This document shows positions 18,515 to 30,800 of a stretch of 64,000 bases of DNA, in pieces. This DNA is from an uncultured delta proteobacterium. Its GTDB lineage: Bacteria; Myxococcota; Myxococcia; Myxococcales; Anaeromyxobacteraceae. Numbering within the stretch: the stretch's first letter is position 1; every line of letters begins with the position of its first letter. The translations under genes were made by a program, and so were the position numbers. The notes beneath the pieces are model-generated. The model saw only the letters and a list, made by a program, of their open reading frames with translations. It was not told the origin of the DNA and searched no databases. The stretch spans positions 96,001 through 160,000 of the forward strand of contig CAWFDF010000004.1 of NCBI GenBank assembly GCA_963814585.1, read 5' to 3'.

Positions 18515-19630
18515 TCAGGGCACGGGCTCCAGCCACGGGCGCGGATCGACCGGGCGCCCCTTCTCGCGCAGCTCGAAGTAGAGGTAGGCGCCCTTCAGGG
18601 ACCCGGAGTCCCCGACCGTGCCGACCAGGTCGCCGGTGGTCACCTCCTCGCCCATGGCCGTGCTCATCGAGGCCAGGTGGGCCACCAGCGTGTGGTAGCC
18701 ATCGCCGTGGTCCACGATGAGCAGGTTGCCGTACCCCTTGAACCAGCCGGCGTGGACCACCCGGCCCGGCGCCACCGCCATCACCGGGGCGCCGGCCGGC
18801 GCCTCGACGTCGAGCCCGCGCTGCATGGTCACCGTGTTGAACTTGGGGTTGACGACCTTGCCGAAGGCGACGGTGATGGTGCCGGGCGTGGGGAGCCGCA
18901 GCTTCCCCTTGCGCGTGGCGAAGCCGCCGCCGGCGCTCCGCGCCTCGCCACGCGCCGGCAGCGTGGCCACGAAGGCGGCCAGCGCGCGGGCCTGGGTGGC
19001 CGCCTCGGCGGCGGCCCGCTCGTGGACCCCCCGCGAGATCCGCAGCGCCGCCAGCAAGGCCTCCCGCTCCTGGCGCCGGGCCCGGGCCTGCTGGCCCGCC
19101 TCGGCGAGTGACGCCGCCGCCGCCGCCAGCCTGGCCGCCTCCACCTCCCGCCCGGCGCGGGCCCGGTCGCGCCCGGTCCAGGCCTCCCGCGCCTCGGAGA
19201 CCATCACGGCGTCGCGCCGCAGGATCCGATCGAGGAGGGCGCGCCGCTTCACCAGCTCGGTGAAGGACGGCGCCGAGAGCAAGACCCCCAGCTCACCGGC
19301 CCGTCCCATCCGCGCCCGCGCCGACAGGCGGGGACGCAGCTCGCCGAGCCGGGCGTCGAGGCGGCCCGCCGCCACCGCCTCTGCGGCCCCGGCCTCGGCC
19401 AGCGCCAGCTCGGCGGCGCTCCGCGCCTGCTCCACGTGGGCCAGCTCCTGCTGCGATCGCCCCACCGCCTCCTCGGCCCGCTGCAGCTCGTCGAGGACGG
19501 AGCGCTCCTGGTCGGCCAGCAGCCGCGCCGCCATCGCCTCGGCCTCGCGCCGACGCTCCAGCGTGGAGAGCCGCGTCCTCGGGTCCGCGGCGAGGAGGAC
19601 GGCGAGCGCGGCGAGGGCGAGCGAGGGCAC
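18515..19630 (-). CDS. envC: EnvC-like murein hydrolase activator (coiled coil plus M23/LytM)
   Basis: Signal peptide, coiled coil, GYGNLLIVDHG and LYFELR (degenerate M23); downstream of ftsEX. Confidence 0.82.
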   Translation of the reverse strand: MPSLALAALAVLLAADPRTRLSTLERRREAEAMAARLLADQERSVLDELQRAEEAVGRSQQELAHVEQARSAAELALAEAGAAEAVAAGRLDARLGELRPRLSARARMGRAGELGVLLSAPSFTELVKRRALLDRILRRDAVMVSEAREAWTGRDRARAGREVEAARLAAAAASLAEAGQQARARRQEREALLAALRISRGVHERAAAEAATQARALAAFVATLPARGEARSAGGGFATRKGKLRLPTPGTITVAFGKVVNPKFNTVTMQRGLDVEAPAGAPVMAVAPGRVVHAGWFKGYGNLLIVDHGDGYHTLVAHLASMSTAMGEEVTTGDLVGTVGDSGSLKGAYLYFELREKGRPVDPRPWLEPVP

Positions 19631-19633
19631 GCG

Positions 19634-20518
19634 TCAGGCCCGGCGCAAGAAGCGGAGGATGGCCAGCCCGCTGGCGACCAGCCCGATGGCCACGCCGCCG
19701 CCCACCACCCCGAGCAGCAGCGGCCAGGGCAGCACGGCGCCGGGCGGGAGCGCCGCCAGCGGCCCGAGGGCCGCGGCCAGGCGCGGCAGGAGCGCGGCGT
19801 CCAGCCCGAGCAGCGCGGCCGCCGCCAGGCCGCCCGCCAGCGCGCCCTGGAGCACCCCCTCCAGCAGGAACGGTGCCCCCACGAAGGCGTCGGTCGCGCC
19901 GACCAGCTTCATGATCTCGATCTCCTCCCGCCGGGCGTAGACCGCCAGCCGGAGCGTGTTGGAGACCAGGACCGCGGTGGCCAGGGCGAGCAGGAGGAGC
20001 AGCGCCAGCCCGGCCACGCGGGTCCTCCGCAGGAAGCCGTCCAGCCGCTCCAGCCAGGCCGCGCCGTAGTCGACCTCGGCCGCGCCCGGCACCTCGCGCA
20101 GGCGGCGTGCCAGGGCGCGGGCCTCCTCGAGCGTGATCCCCGGGGCCGCCACCTCCACGCAGTCGGGGATGGCGTCGGCCCCGACGCCGTCCAGCAGCCC
20201 GGCCTCCTCACCGAGCCCCTTCGCCAGCCGCCGCAGCCCCTCCGCCGCCGGCACCGCCTCGACCTGGCGCCCGGGCGCCAGCGCCGCCACCGCGGCCTCC
20301 GCCTGGGCCAGGTCGGCGCCGCGGGTGAGGTAGACGGAGACGCGCACCTCGCCGGCCCAGGCCTTCAGCAGCTGCTCGGCGGTGGAGAGCGCGGCGGCGG
20401 CCAGGCCGATGGAGAGGACCGCCACCAGGATGGTCCCGGTGCCGGTGAGCGTCACGTACGGGGTTCGCGCCATGGCGGTGACGGCGCGGCGGAAGGCCTC
20501 GACGGGGCGGCGCAGCAT
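19634..20518 (-). CDS. ftsX: Cell division permease FtsX
   Basis: NTLRLAVYARREEIEIMKLVGAT...PFLLEG motif; alternative GTG start at 20527. Confidence 0.92.
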   Translation of the reverse strand: MLRRPVEAFRRAVTAMARTPYVTLTGTGTILVAVLSIGLAAAALSTAEQLLKAWAGEVRVSVYLTRGADLAQAEAAVAALAPGRQVEAVPAAEGLRRLAKGLGEEAGLLDGVGADAIPDCVEVAAPGITLEEARALARRLREVPGAAEVDYGAAWLERLDGFLRRTRVAGLALLLLLALATAVLVSNTLRLAVYARREEIEIMKLVGATDAFVGAPFLLEGVLQGALAGGLAAAALLGLDAALLPRLAAALGPLAALPPGAVLPWPLLLGVVGGGVAIGLVASGLAILRFLRRA

Positions 20519-20523
20519 GGCGC

Positions 20524-21210
<687 letters not shown>

Positions 21211-21225
21211 CGGCGGCGCCCCGGC

Positions 21226-21795
21226 CTACCTGCGGTCGCCCATGTCCTCGGCCAGGTAGGAGAGGATCACCTCGTCGAGGCTCTTCTCGCTGATCAGGTC
21301 CTCGCCGAAGAGGGTCTCGGCGCCGTCGTTGCGGAGCACCGGCGCCGGCTCCTGCCGCGCCGCCAGCACCTCGGGCGGGAGCGGCCTGGCGGGCGCGGGC
21401 TGGACCGCCTTGACGCCGCCGCGGGTCTCGACCCGCATCGAGGGCTGCAGCTGGACGGTCCGGCCGTCGGCCTGGATCTCGCCCGGCTGGAAGGACGTCG
21501 CCTGCGCCGCGTAGGCCTCGCCGACGTCGTCGTAGACGCCGTTGATGAGGTTGCGCAGCATCTCCTTGTGCTGCTCCTCCATCAGCTCCCGCACCACCGC
21601 GGCGAGGTTGTCGGCGCCGACGATGTCGGCGTAGGAGGTCTTCTTCGAGGCGAGGATGTTGCCGCCGACGAAGAGGTGCGTGATCAGGTGGGGGTTCTCC
21701 AGGCCCGAGTCCTCGGTCTGGATGTGGTACATCTTCCCCTTGTGCTTGATGTTGTGGTTGAAGCCCACAACCATCTTCTTCACGTCGCCGGCCAT
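21226..21795 (-). CDS. romY: Myxobacterial conserved protein, likely the RomY polarity co-GAP
   Basis: 189 aa with a conserved-looking N-terminal domain (GFNHNIKHKGKMYHIQTEDSG), a low-complexity linker and a C-terminal SLDEVILSYL motif. Size and position upstream of ftsE match M. xanthus romY as recalled. Confidence 0.6.
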   Translation of the reverse strand: MAGDVKKMVVGFNHNIKHKGKMYHIQTEDSGLENPHLITHLFVGGNILASKKTSYADIVGADNLAAVVRELMEEQHKEMLRNLINGVYDDVGEAYAAQATSFQPGEIQADGRTVQLQPSMRVETRGGVKAVQPAPARPLPPEVLAARQEPAPVLRNDGAETLFGEDLISEKSLDEVILSYLAEDMGDRR

Positions 21796-21858
21796 TGGCC
21801 ACGGACTGTAGCAGCGCCTCCGGGGGTTCGCCAGACGGCGGCCGGGCGCCGCGGGCCA

Positions 21859-22638
21859 CTAGACGTCGACGTGCTCGGCCGCTTCGACGGGCCGCCCCAG
21901 GAAGCGCCCGGCCACCGCCAGGAACTTCTCCGGCGTGTCGGTCACCAGGAAGAGGTGGGTGGCGGCCAGGCCCGTCGGGGCCGGGAGGAGCGCCTTCACC
22001 TCCGCCGCCACCGTCTCGGCGGAGTCGACCAGCGTCACCCCCGGCAGCTCCGCCGCGATGGCCGCCCGGAGCAGCGGGTAGTGGGTGCAGCCGAGCACCA
22101 GCGTGTCGACCCGCCCCGCCGCCAGGGGCGCCAGGTAGCGCCGCACCACGCCGCGCACCAGCTCGTCGGAGGGATCGGTCCAGCCCTCCTCGGCCAGCGG
22201 CACGAAGAGCGGGCAGGCCCGCGCCACCACCTCGACGTCGGCGCGCAGCCCCCGCAGCGCCGCCTGGTAGGCGCCCGAGCCGATGGTCCCGGCCGTGCCG
22301 ATGACGCCGATCCGGCCATTCCGCGTCGCCCTCACCGCGGCCCGCGCGCCCGGCTCCACCACCCCCAGCACCGGCACCGGCAGCGCCGCCCGCAGCGCCG
22401 GAAGCGCCACGGCCGAGGCGGTGTTGCAGGCCACCACCAGCAGGTCGATGCCGCGCGCCTCCAGCACCCGGGCGTTGCGGAGCGAGTACTGGGTGACGGT
22501 GGCGGCCGACTTGGTGCCGTAGGGGACCCGGGCGGTGTCGCCGAGGTAGATGGTGTCGGCGCCGGGCAGGGCCTCGAGCAGCGCCCGCTGCACGGTGAGG
22601 CCGCCGACGCCGGAGTCGAAGATACCGATGCGTGCCAT
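21859..22638 (-). CDS. murI: Glutamate racemase
   Basis: IGIFDSGVGGLTV, PYGTK, VACNTAS and LGCTHYP motifs; true start is ATG 22638 inside a longer chimeric ORF. Confidence 0.96.
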   Translation of the reverse strand: MARIGIFDSGVGGLTVQRALLEALPGADTIYLGDTARVPYGTKSAATVTQYSLRNARVLEARGIDLLVVACNTASAVALPALRAALPVPVLGVVEPGARAAVRATRNGRIGVIGTAGTIGSGAYQAALRGLRADVEVVARACPLFVPLAEEGWTDPSDELVRGVVRRYLAPLAAGRVDTLVLGCTHYPLLRAAIAAELPGVTLVDSAETVAAEVKALLPAPTGLAATHLFLVTDTPEKFLAVAGRFLGRPVEAAEHVDV

Positions 22639-22709
22639 GCGGGCGCGCACTCTACCCGAAGCGCGAGGCGCGCGGTGAGGCCGCGCGACGAGGGGGCGCC
22701 GCGATGGCG

Positions 22710-23448
22710 CTACGGGTAGACCGGGCAGGCCTGCGGGGCCACGGTGTTGTCCGCGAGGACCACGGACAGGAAGGCGACCCCGGGAGAGGCGACGTCGAAG
22801 GGCGCCTGGACGCAGGCCTGCTGGACCGCGGTGGGCGCGGTGAGCGGGTTCACCACCTCCTGGATCCAGGCCAGCGTGTAGGTGCCGAAGGGGACCGGGA
22901 ACTCGAGCGGCGTGCCGCCGCCGCCGCTGTCCCAGCAGCCGTAGTACTCCTTCCAGGCGGGATCGCTCTGCGCGTCGACGACGGAGATGTAGTCCTGTGC
23001 CACCTCGTCGTAGAGCGCGAACCACATGGATCCGCCGTGACAGACGTCCGGCACGAAGTGGTAGTCGATGTTGAGCAGCGCCTCGCCCAGCACCGGGGCG
23101 GCGTAGAAGTCGCCGCACTCGCCCACCGTCACGCTGAACGGCAGGGAGCGATCGTAGATGAGGCCGTCCGAGCCGATCCCCTCGACCGTGACCGGGTAGA
23201 CGCCCGGCGCGAAGCCGGCCACGTCGAGCACCGCGAGGCCGGCGACGCAGTCGAAGCGCCAGCTCCCGGAGGTCCCGTCGAAGTAGATGTCGACGAAGGC
23301 CACCCCCGCCTGGGCGCAGCTCCACGGGGTCCCAGTTCACGTCCCGCAGCTCCCAGCGGATGGTGGTGGTCGGGTAGTCGCAGGTGCTGGAGACGCAGCC
23401 GCCGAGGAGCGGCAGGAGGGCGGCGGCGAGGAGGGCGGGCTTGTTCAT
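22710..23448 (-). pseudogene. Cys-rich lipoprotein interrupted by a 1-bp insertion (pseudogene or sequencing error)
   Basis: Lipobox MNKPALLAAALLPLLGG|C at 23448. The span is 739 bp (3n+1). Removing A23334 joins it to ORF 22710-23303 as DVNGTPWSCAQAGVAFVDIY. Confidence 0.75.
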
Positions 23449-23498
23449 GGGCGGTCTCCGTGGACATCGATCGGACGCGGCCGGTGGCCTGGGAATTC

Positions 23499-23514
23499 AG
23501 CAAAGGCTATGCCA
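23499..23514 (-). promoter_or_regulatory. sigma54 (-24/-12) promoter of the lipoprotein gene
   Basis: Minus strand TGGCATAGCCTTTGCT (GG-N10-GC), 50 bp upstream of ATG 23448. Confidence 0.75.
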
Positions 23515-23620
23515 TGGACCAACCCAGAGGAACAGGGGCGGCCGGACCGGGCCGCGGCAGATGCGGCCGGCTGGCGGGTTCATGCTAGAAAACCGCAACC
23601 TTCTCCTGCCCTTCGGATCC

Positions 23621-24349
<729 letters not shown>

Positions 24350-24358
24350 GCGCGCCCC

Positions 24359-24820
24359 ATGGCCCTCTCGTCCGGCGGCGGCGGCCGCACCACCCTCACC
24401 GACATCAACGTCACGCCGCTGGTCGACGTGATGCTGGTGCTGCTCATCATCTTCATGGTCACCGCGCCGCTCATCCAGCAAGGGGTGGCGGTCAACCTGC
24501 CGGAGACGCGCGCCAAGGCCATCGACGCCGAGGAGCAGAAGCTGGTCCTCTCCGTCAAGCTCGACCGGACGCTCTGGCTCGGCGCCGGCGACGACGCCGT
24601 CCGCGTCCCCGCCGACCGGCTCGAGGAGGTGCTGCGGGCCAACGTCCGGGTGCAGAAGGAGAAGGAGCTCTTCCTCATGGCCGACAAGGCGCTCCCCTAC
24701 GGCGTGGTGGTCGACGTGATGGCCACGGTGCAGCGGGCCGGCATCACCGGCGTCGGCATGGTCACCAACCCGCCCGGCGAGAGGCGCCGCCCCACCGGCG
24801 AGGAGAAGCCGGCGCGGTGA
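24359..24820 (+). CDS. tolR: TolR (ExbD family)
   Basis: INVTPLVDVMLVLLIIFMVTAP and ADKALPYG motifs. Confidence 0.93.
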   Translation: MALSSGGGGRTTLTDINVTPLVDVMLVLLIIFMVTAPLIQQGVAVNLPETRAKAIDAEEQKLVLSVKLDRTLWLGAGDDAVRVPADRLEEVLRANVRVQKEKELFLMADKALPYGVVVDVMATVQRAGITGVGMVTNPPGERRRPTGEEKPAR

Positions 24821-25557
24821 CCGGGCTGGCCGCCAGCGCCCTGCTCCGGCGGGACCGGCTCTGGCCCACCGTGATCGCCTCGGTGGCGGTCCACCTCGCC
24901 CTCGGCGGCCTGGCCCTCTACCGCCGCGGGCCAGCGCTCGATGCCTCGCAGGCGCCCATCACCGCCCGGCTGGTACGGCTCGGCGAGCCCCGCCCCAGGG
25001 AGCTGCTGCCGCGCAAGGAGCCGGAGCCATCCCCGGCCGAGACCGGCCCCGCGGCCGCCCCGGTCGCCGCTCCCGAGCCGGCCGCGCCGGCGCCCAGGCC
25101 GGGCCCGACCACCAAGGTGGCCGCCACCCCCAGGCCGACGCCGAGGCCAGCCGCGGAGCGGAGCGGGGGGACCAAAGGCGGCAAGCGGCTCTCCAGCGTC
25201 CTCTCCGGCATGAAGCAGGAGCTGGCGGAGGGCAGCCCGGATGGCGACCCGCTCGGCGACTCCAGCGAGGCGGCGGGCGACCAGTACCTGGCCCAGGTGG
25301 TCCGCGCCCTGCGCCGCGGCTACCGCGTCCCGTCGACCATCGGCGAGAAGGAGCGGCTCTACCTGCAGGGGACCATCGTGCTCTTCATCGAGCCCGACGG
25401 CCGCGTGCTCCGCCACGAGTTCGTGAAGCGGAGCGGCAACCCGGTCTTCGACGACGCCCTGGAGCGGGCGGTGCGCGACACCCGCCTCCCCCCGCCGCCC
25501 GGCGAGGCCCGCGAGGCCTACCGCCGCCGCGGCCTGCAGGTCGACTTCAAGATCTGA
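24817..25557 (+). CDS. tolA: TolA/TonB-like energy transducer
   Basis: GTG overlaps the tolR stop; SxxxH TM motif, Pro-rich linker, C-terminal RSGNPVFDDALERAV. Confidence 0.8.
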   Translation: MTGLAASALLRRDRLWPTVIASVAVHLALGGLALYRRGPALDASQAPITARLVRLGEPRPRELLPRKEPEPSPAETGPAAAPVAAPEPAAPAPRPGPTTKVAATPRPTPRPAAERSGGTKGGKRLSSVLSGMKQELAEGSPDGDPLGDSSEAAGDQYLAQVVRALRRGYRVPSTIGEKERLYLQGTIVLFIEPDGRVLRHEFVKRSGNPVFDDALERAVRDTRLPPPPGEAREAYRRRGLQVDFKI

Positions 25558-25577
25558 CCCGACACCCAAGGAGCGCC

Positions 25578-26867
25578 ATGCGCCTCACCCGTCTCGCCGC
25601 CGCCTGCCTCGCCCTCGCCACCGCCGCCGCCGCCCGCGCCGAGCGCCCGCGCGTGGTGGTGGACGCGCCCGACTTCCGGCCGCTCCCGGTCGCGGTGGCC
25701 CCGTTCCTCGCCGAGGGGGACGCGCGCGCCGCCTCCGTGGCGGCCGAGGTGGTGCGCGACGACCTCGCCCGCAGCGGGCTCTTCGAGGTGCTCGATCCCA
25801 GGAGCTTCCTGGCCGACCCCGGCGAGGGGCTGGCGGCCGCCTCCATCAGGTTCTCGCGCTGGTCCGACGTCGGGGCCGAGGGGCTGGTGAAGGCCCGGGT
25901 CCGGAAGGGAGCCACCGGGCTCACCGCCGACCTGCGGCTCCACGAGGTCCGCGCCGGCCGCGAGGTCCTGGCGCAGACGCTCCCGGCCGCCGACGCCCGG
26001 GGGCTGGGCCACCGGATCGCCGACGAGGTGGTGCGCCACTACACCGGCGAGCGGGGCATCTTCCGGACCCGCATCGCCGCCATCCGCAAGGTGAGGGACG
26101 TCCGCGAGCTGGTGGTCTTCGACGCCGACGGCCAGGGCGCCCGCGTGCTGCTGAGCGAGAAGGCGCTCCTGCTCATGCCGGCGTGGCACCCGGGCGGCGA
26201 GGAGCTGCTGGTGACCAGCTACCGGAGCGGCAGCCCCGAGCTCTGGCGCTACCGGCTCTCCGACGGGAGCTTCCGCAAGATCAACACCGGCCACGCCGCC
26301 ATGGGCGGCACCTGGTCGCCCGACGGCGGCCGCATCGCCTTCACGGCCATCGACGGCAAGGACGCCGACGTCTGGACCTGCAACCCCGACGGCAGCGGGG
26401 CGCGGAGGCTCACCACCAGCTCGGCGCTCGACCTCTCGCCCTCCTGGTCGCCGGACGGCAGGCGGCTGGCCTTCGTCTCCGACCGGGCCGGGACGCCCCA
26501 GCTCTACGTCATGAACGCCGACGGCGGCGAGCAGCGCCGCCTCACCTTCCAGGGGAGCTACAACCAGACCCCCCAGTGGAGCCCGCGCGGCGACCTCATC
26601 GCCTTCACGGCCCGCGACGAGCGGCGGGTGTTCGACGTCTTCACCGTGGCGGTGGACGGGGCCCGGATCCAGCGGCTCACCCAGGACCAGGGGCGGACCA
26701 ACGAGGAGCCATCCTGGGCCCCCAACGGCCGGATGCTGGCCTTCACCAGCGACCGGGGTGGGACGCCGCAGCTGGTGGTGTCCGACCCGCGCGGCGAGCG
26801 GCAGACCGTCATCGGCGGAGGCGGCGAGCTGATGACCCCGGCCTGGGGCCCGCTCCCGGCGGAGTAG
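25578..26867 (+). CDS. tolB: TolB beta-propeller protein
   Basis: Signal peptide, GIFRTRIA, repeated PxWSPDG (PD40) units. Confidence 0.9.
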   Translation: MRLTRLAAACLALATAAAARAERPRVVVDAPDFRPLPVAVAPFLAEGDARAASVAAEVVRDDLARSGLFEVLDPRSFLADPGEGLAAASIRFSRWSDVGAEGLVKARVRKGATGLTADLRLHEVRAGREVLAQTLPAADARGLGHRIADEVVRHYTGERGIFRTRIAAIRKVRDVRELVVFDADGQGARVLLSEKALLLMPAWHPGGEELLVTSYRSGSPELWRYRLSDGSFRKINTGHAAMGGTWSPDGGRIAFTAIDGKDADVWTCNPDGSGARRLTTSSALDLSPSWSPDGRRLAFVSDRAGTPQLYVMNADGGEQRRLTFQGSYNQTPQWSPRGDLIAFTARDERRVFDVFTVAVDGARIQRLTQDQGRTNEEPSWAPNGRMLAFTSDRGGTPQLVVSDPRGERQTVIGGGGELMTPAWGPLPAE

Positions 26868-26870
26868 GCC

Positions 26871-27809
26871 ATGTCCAGGCGCGTCGCCGCCATCGATGTC
26901 GGCACCAACACCGTGCTGCTGCTGGTCGCCGAGGCCGCCGCCGGCGGCCCCGTCGCGCTGGCCGAGCGGGCCGAGATCACGCGGCTGGGGCGCGGCGTCG
27001 ACGCCACCGGGCGGCTCGATCCGGCCGCCATGGCCGGGACGGTCCGCGTCCTGGCGGCCTACGCCGCGGAGGCCCGCAGGCTCGGCGCCACCGCCATCGA
27101 CTGCGTGGCCACCAGCGCCGCCCGCGACGCCGCCAACGGGCCGGAGTTCCTCGAGGCGGTTCGCGCCGCGGCCGGCCTCACCCCGCGCCTCATCACCGGC
27201 GACGAGGAGGCGCGGCTGGTCTGGGGCAGCGCCTGGCGCGACTTCGGCGCCGGCGGTACCGGGCCGGCGAGGCTGGCCGTCCTCGACGTGGGCGGCGGCT
27301 CCACCGAGTTCACCTTTGGTGATGGACCGGCGCCTCGCGGCCGCTGCAGCCTGCAGGTGGGGGCGGTGCGCCTCACCGAGCGGCACGGGGGCCCGGACCC
27401 GGCAGGTCCGGCCACGCTGGCCACCCTCCGCCAGGCGGCGCGCGCGGCGCTCCAGCCGCTCGCCTCCATGGGCGGCGGCGAGGACGGCGCCCGGCTGGTC
27501 GGCGTGGCCGGCACGGTCACCACCCTGGCCGCGGTGGAGCAGGCGCTCCCCGTCTACGACGCCGAGCGCGTCCACGGCTCGTCGCTGACCCGGGACCAGG
27601 TCGAGGCCCTGGTGGCGAGGCTGGCGGCGTTGCCGCTCGCCGAGAGGGCCCGGCTCCCCGGCATGGAGCCGAAGCGGGCGGACGTGATCGTGGCCGGGGC
27701 GGTGGTGGTGGCCGAAGCCATGGCCCTCACCCGCTTCGAGACGCTCACCGTCTCCGACCGGGGCGTCCGCTGGGGGCTGGTCCACGAGCTCCTGGAGAGG
27801 CCCGGCTAG
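26871..27809 (+). CDS. ppx: Ppx/GppA-family phosphatase
   Basis: AAIDVGTNT, ATSAARDAAN, DVGGGSTE and RADVIVAG motifs. Confidence 0.9.
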   Translation: MSRRVAAIDVGTNTVLLLVAEAAAGGPVALAERAEITRLGRGVDATGRLDPAAMAGTVRVLAAYAAEARRLGATAIDCVATSAARDAANGPEFLEAVRAAAGLTPRLITGDEEARLVWGSAWRDFGAGGTGPARLAVLDVGGGSTEFTFGDGPAPRGRCSLQVGAVRLTERHGGPDPAGPATLATLRQAARAALQPLASMGGGEDGARLVGVAGTVTTLAAVEQALPVYDAERVHGSSLTRDQVEALVARLAALPLAERARLPGMEPKRADVIVAGAVVVAEAMALTRFETLTVSDRGVRWGLVHELLERPG

Positions 27810-30800
27810 AAGAGCCCGATGGTGAAGTGGAGCGCCCAGAGCCGCTCGTTGATCCGGTCGTCGGGCACCAGGTTGAAGCCGACGTCGAGCGCTGCCGGCC
27901 CCACCGGCGTGACGAAGCGGATCCCGGCGCCGGCGTTGGGGCGCAGGTCGAGCAGCCGGAAGTTGTCCGGGTTGGCCCACAGGTTGCCGAGGTCGGCGAA
28001 GAGCCCGAGCTCCACGCTCCCGGAGAGGCCGACCCGCAGCTCGCCCTTGAAGACCAGGAAGGCCTCCCCTCCCTCGCTCGCCACGGTCCTGCCGGCGGCC
28101 AGGTCGGCCCCCGGCCCGGTGCAGCCGGCCTGGGTGATCGAGCTGGCGCAGTGCCTGGACTGCTCGGCCAGGCTGGCGCGCAGGTCCTGGGCCACCATCT
28201 CCTCCTCGGCGAAGCCCCTCATGCTGGTGGCGCCCCCCAGGTAGTAGCGCTTGGGGGCGATGGTCCGCGACGCGGGGTCGAGCGTGACCACCCGGCCGCC
28301 GCGGGCCGAGAGGGCCAGCGTGGTGCCGTGGCTCACCGGCAGGTAGGCGGAGAGCGTCCCCTGCAGCTTGACCAGGTTGCTGTAGATGTCGCTGCCGGGG
28401 AAGAAGCCCAGGTAGGTCTCGCCGGCCGCACCCACCGAGTGCTCCCACTCGGCCGCGGCGGTGGCGAACCACCCGGAGTGCGGGTGGACGGGGTTGTCCC
28501 GGAAGTCGATGGTGGCCACCGGCCTGATCGACTGGAGCGAGGTGGTCCCCTGGTCGAAGCGGAGCCGCTCGAGGTCGGCCTGGGTCAGGTAGTCGGTGGC
28601 CCCGGTGCGCCGCAGCTGGCCGACCATCAGCTCGTACTGGACGGAGAGGGTGATGCGCCTGGTGAGGGGATGATCGGCCCCCAGCACCAGCGAGATGTCC
28701 GACATGTCGTAGGCGCGGCGCCTGAGCCGCTCGGCGATCAGCTCGAGGTGGGCGGACAGCGGCCACGGCGTGGGCTGCGGCGCGCGCAGCCCGACGTCGG
28801 CCCGCCCCTCCCAGCGCTCGCTGGGGCTGGCGTCCTGCAGGTCGGGGCGGTTGACCTCCAGGAGGTAGTTGACCTTGGCCCGCATGGTCAGCTCCAGGGC
28901 CCGGCCCAGCAGGTTGGGCTGGCCCGACTCGATCGAGGCCCTGGGACCGTTGGCGATGGAGAAGCCGGCGCCCGTCGAGACGTACAGCCAGGGACGCTCC
29001 GAGAGCTCGACGTTCAGGTCCTTCACCGCCTCGGGGGTCTCGGCGTCGGAGAGCCGCAGCGCCACCGACCGGAAGACTCCCAGCCCCAGCAGCGCCGCCT
29101 GCGTCCTGGTCACCGCCTCGGGATCGTACGGCTCGCCCTCCTTCACCGAGATGGCGCGCTGGACCACCGAGGCCAGGGTCCGCCGGTTGCCGCTCACCAG
29201 CACCCGGCCGATCCGGACCCGCGGCCCCTCGTCCACCACGAAGCGGAGCGCCGCCACGTGGCGCTCCCGGTCGATCTCCTCCTTGGCCTCCACCCGCGCG
29301 TAGAGGAAGCCGCGGGTGAGGTAGAGGCGCTGCAGCGCCGACCGGGTCGCCTCCACCTTGTCGAACGCCAGCGGCTCGCCAGGGGCCAGCCGGGCCTCCC
29401 GCGCCAGCTCGGTGAGCGGCAGCTGCGCGTGCCCCTCGAAGCCGATGGACTCCACCTTGGTCTGCACGCCTTCGCTCAGCCGCATCACCACGTCGAGCTG
29501 ACCGGCCCGGGTGTCGGCCTCCATCGACCAGCCCAGCGCCACGGCCTCGAGGTAGCCATCGTTCTGGTACTCGTCGACCAGCTGCCCCAGCGCCCGGCTG
29601 GCCTGGACCTCGTCGAGCAGCGACTCCAGCGGCGGCCGCGAGGGCGGGGCTCGCCGCGGCGGCGCGCTGGGGATGGAGGCCTCCAGCGCCCGCGCCCAGT
29701 CGTTGAGCGGGCTCTCCGCCGCCGTCCCCGGCTCCTCGTCGAGCAGCGTGCGCAGCCGCTCCAGGGCCGCCGCCTCGCCTCGCGCCTCGGCCCCGTCCAC
29801 GCGGAGCGAGCGCAGCCGGTAGGGTCGCCCCTCGGTGACGTGGAGGATCACCACGACCCGGTCGCCGACGCGGCGCTCCTCGGCCTCGATCCGGGCCAGG
29901 GCGAAGCCGTGGGCCCGGTAGAAGGCCCGCAGCCGCTCGATCCCGGCGTCGACGTCCGCGCCGTCGAGCGCCGCCTCTCCGCCCAGCTGGAGCGGCGCCT
30001 CCAGGTCACTCCTGGCGAAGGCCTCGGCGCCACGGATCTCCAGCGCCATGAGCGGTCCGGGCTGCACCCCGATCTCCACCTCGACGCCGCCCGCCACCTC
30101 GCGCAGCGTGGGTGCCCCGATCCGGCCGCGCCGGTGGCCGCCGGCGCGGAGCGCCGCCACCAGCACGTCGAGGTCGGACCGCAGTCGCTCCTCGACCAGC
30201 ACCTGGCCGGGCCGGGTCGCGAGCCGCGCCCGCAGCCCCTCCTCGGCCGCCCCGGCCCCCGGCAGGCGCACCGCGGACACCAGGGTGGGAGGCCCTGCCT
30301 TGACCCGGAGTGTCAGGGTCGCGCCCGGCGCGCCGTGGAGCGCTCCGGTGACCTCGGCGGCCAGGTACCCCTGCCGGCGCAGCGCCGACCGGGCCCGCCC
30401 CACGATCCTCTCGACGTCGTCCTGGTCGAAGGGATCGCCCCGGGTCAGCTGCAGCTCGGACCTGAGATCGCGCTCGGAGAGCGGCGACGGCCCCTCGAAC
30501 TGGAAGACCTCGGCGACCAGGACGCGCGGCGGCAGGCACTCGACGGTCAGGTCGACCCACCGCCCGCCCTGCCCGGCCGGGGCGCTGGCGGGCGCCTCGG
30601 TGACCACCACGTCGCGGCAACGGCCGGTCTGGTAGAGCCTGGTGACGGTGCGGCGGACCGCCGTGACGGTCACCGGGGCCCCCCGCTCCAGCACCACCAG
30701 CGCCTCCAGCGCCGCGGTGTCCTCGTGCTGCGGGAGCAGGAGCAGGATGCTGGCCGCGCGCCGGGCGCCGATCTCCGTCCCCGGCCCCTCGGCCGCCGGC

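Noticed and set aside
21859..23448. Apparent lipoprotein-MurI fusion (529 aa)
   Set aside because: Artefact of the frameshift at about 23334; the middle part is out-of-frame sequence and murI has its own ATG at 22638
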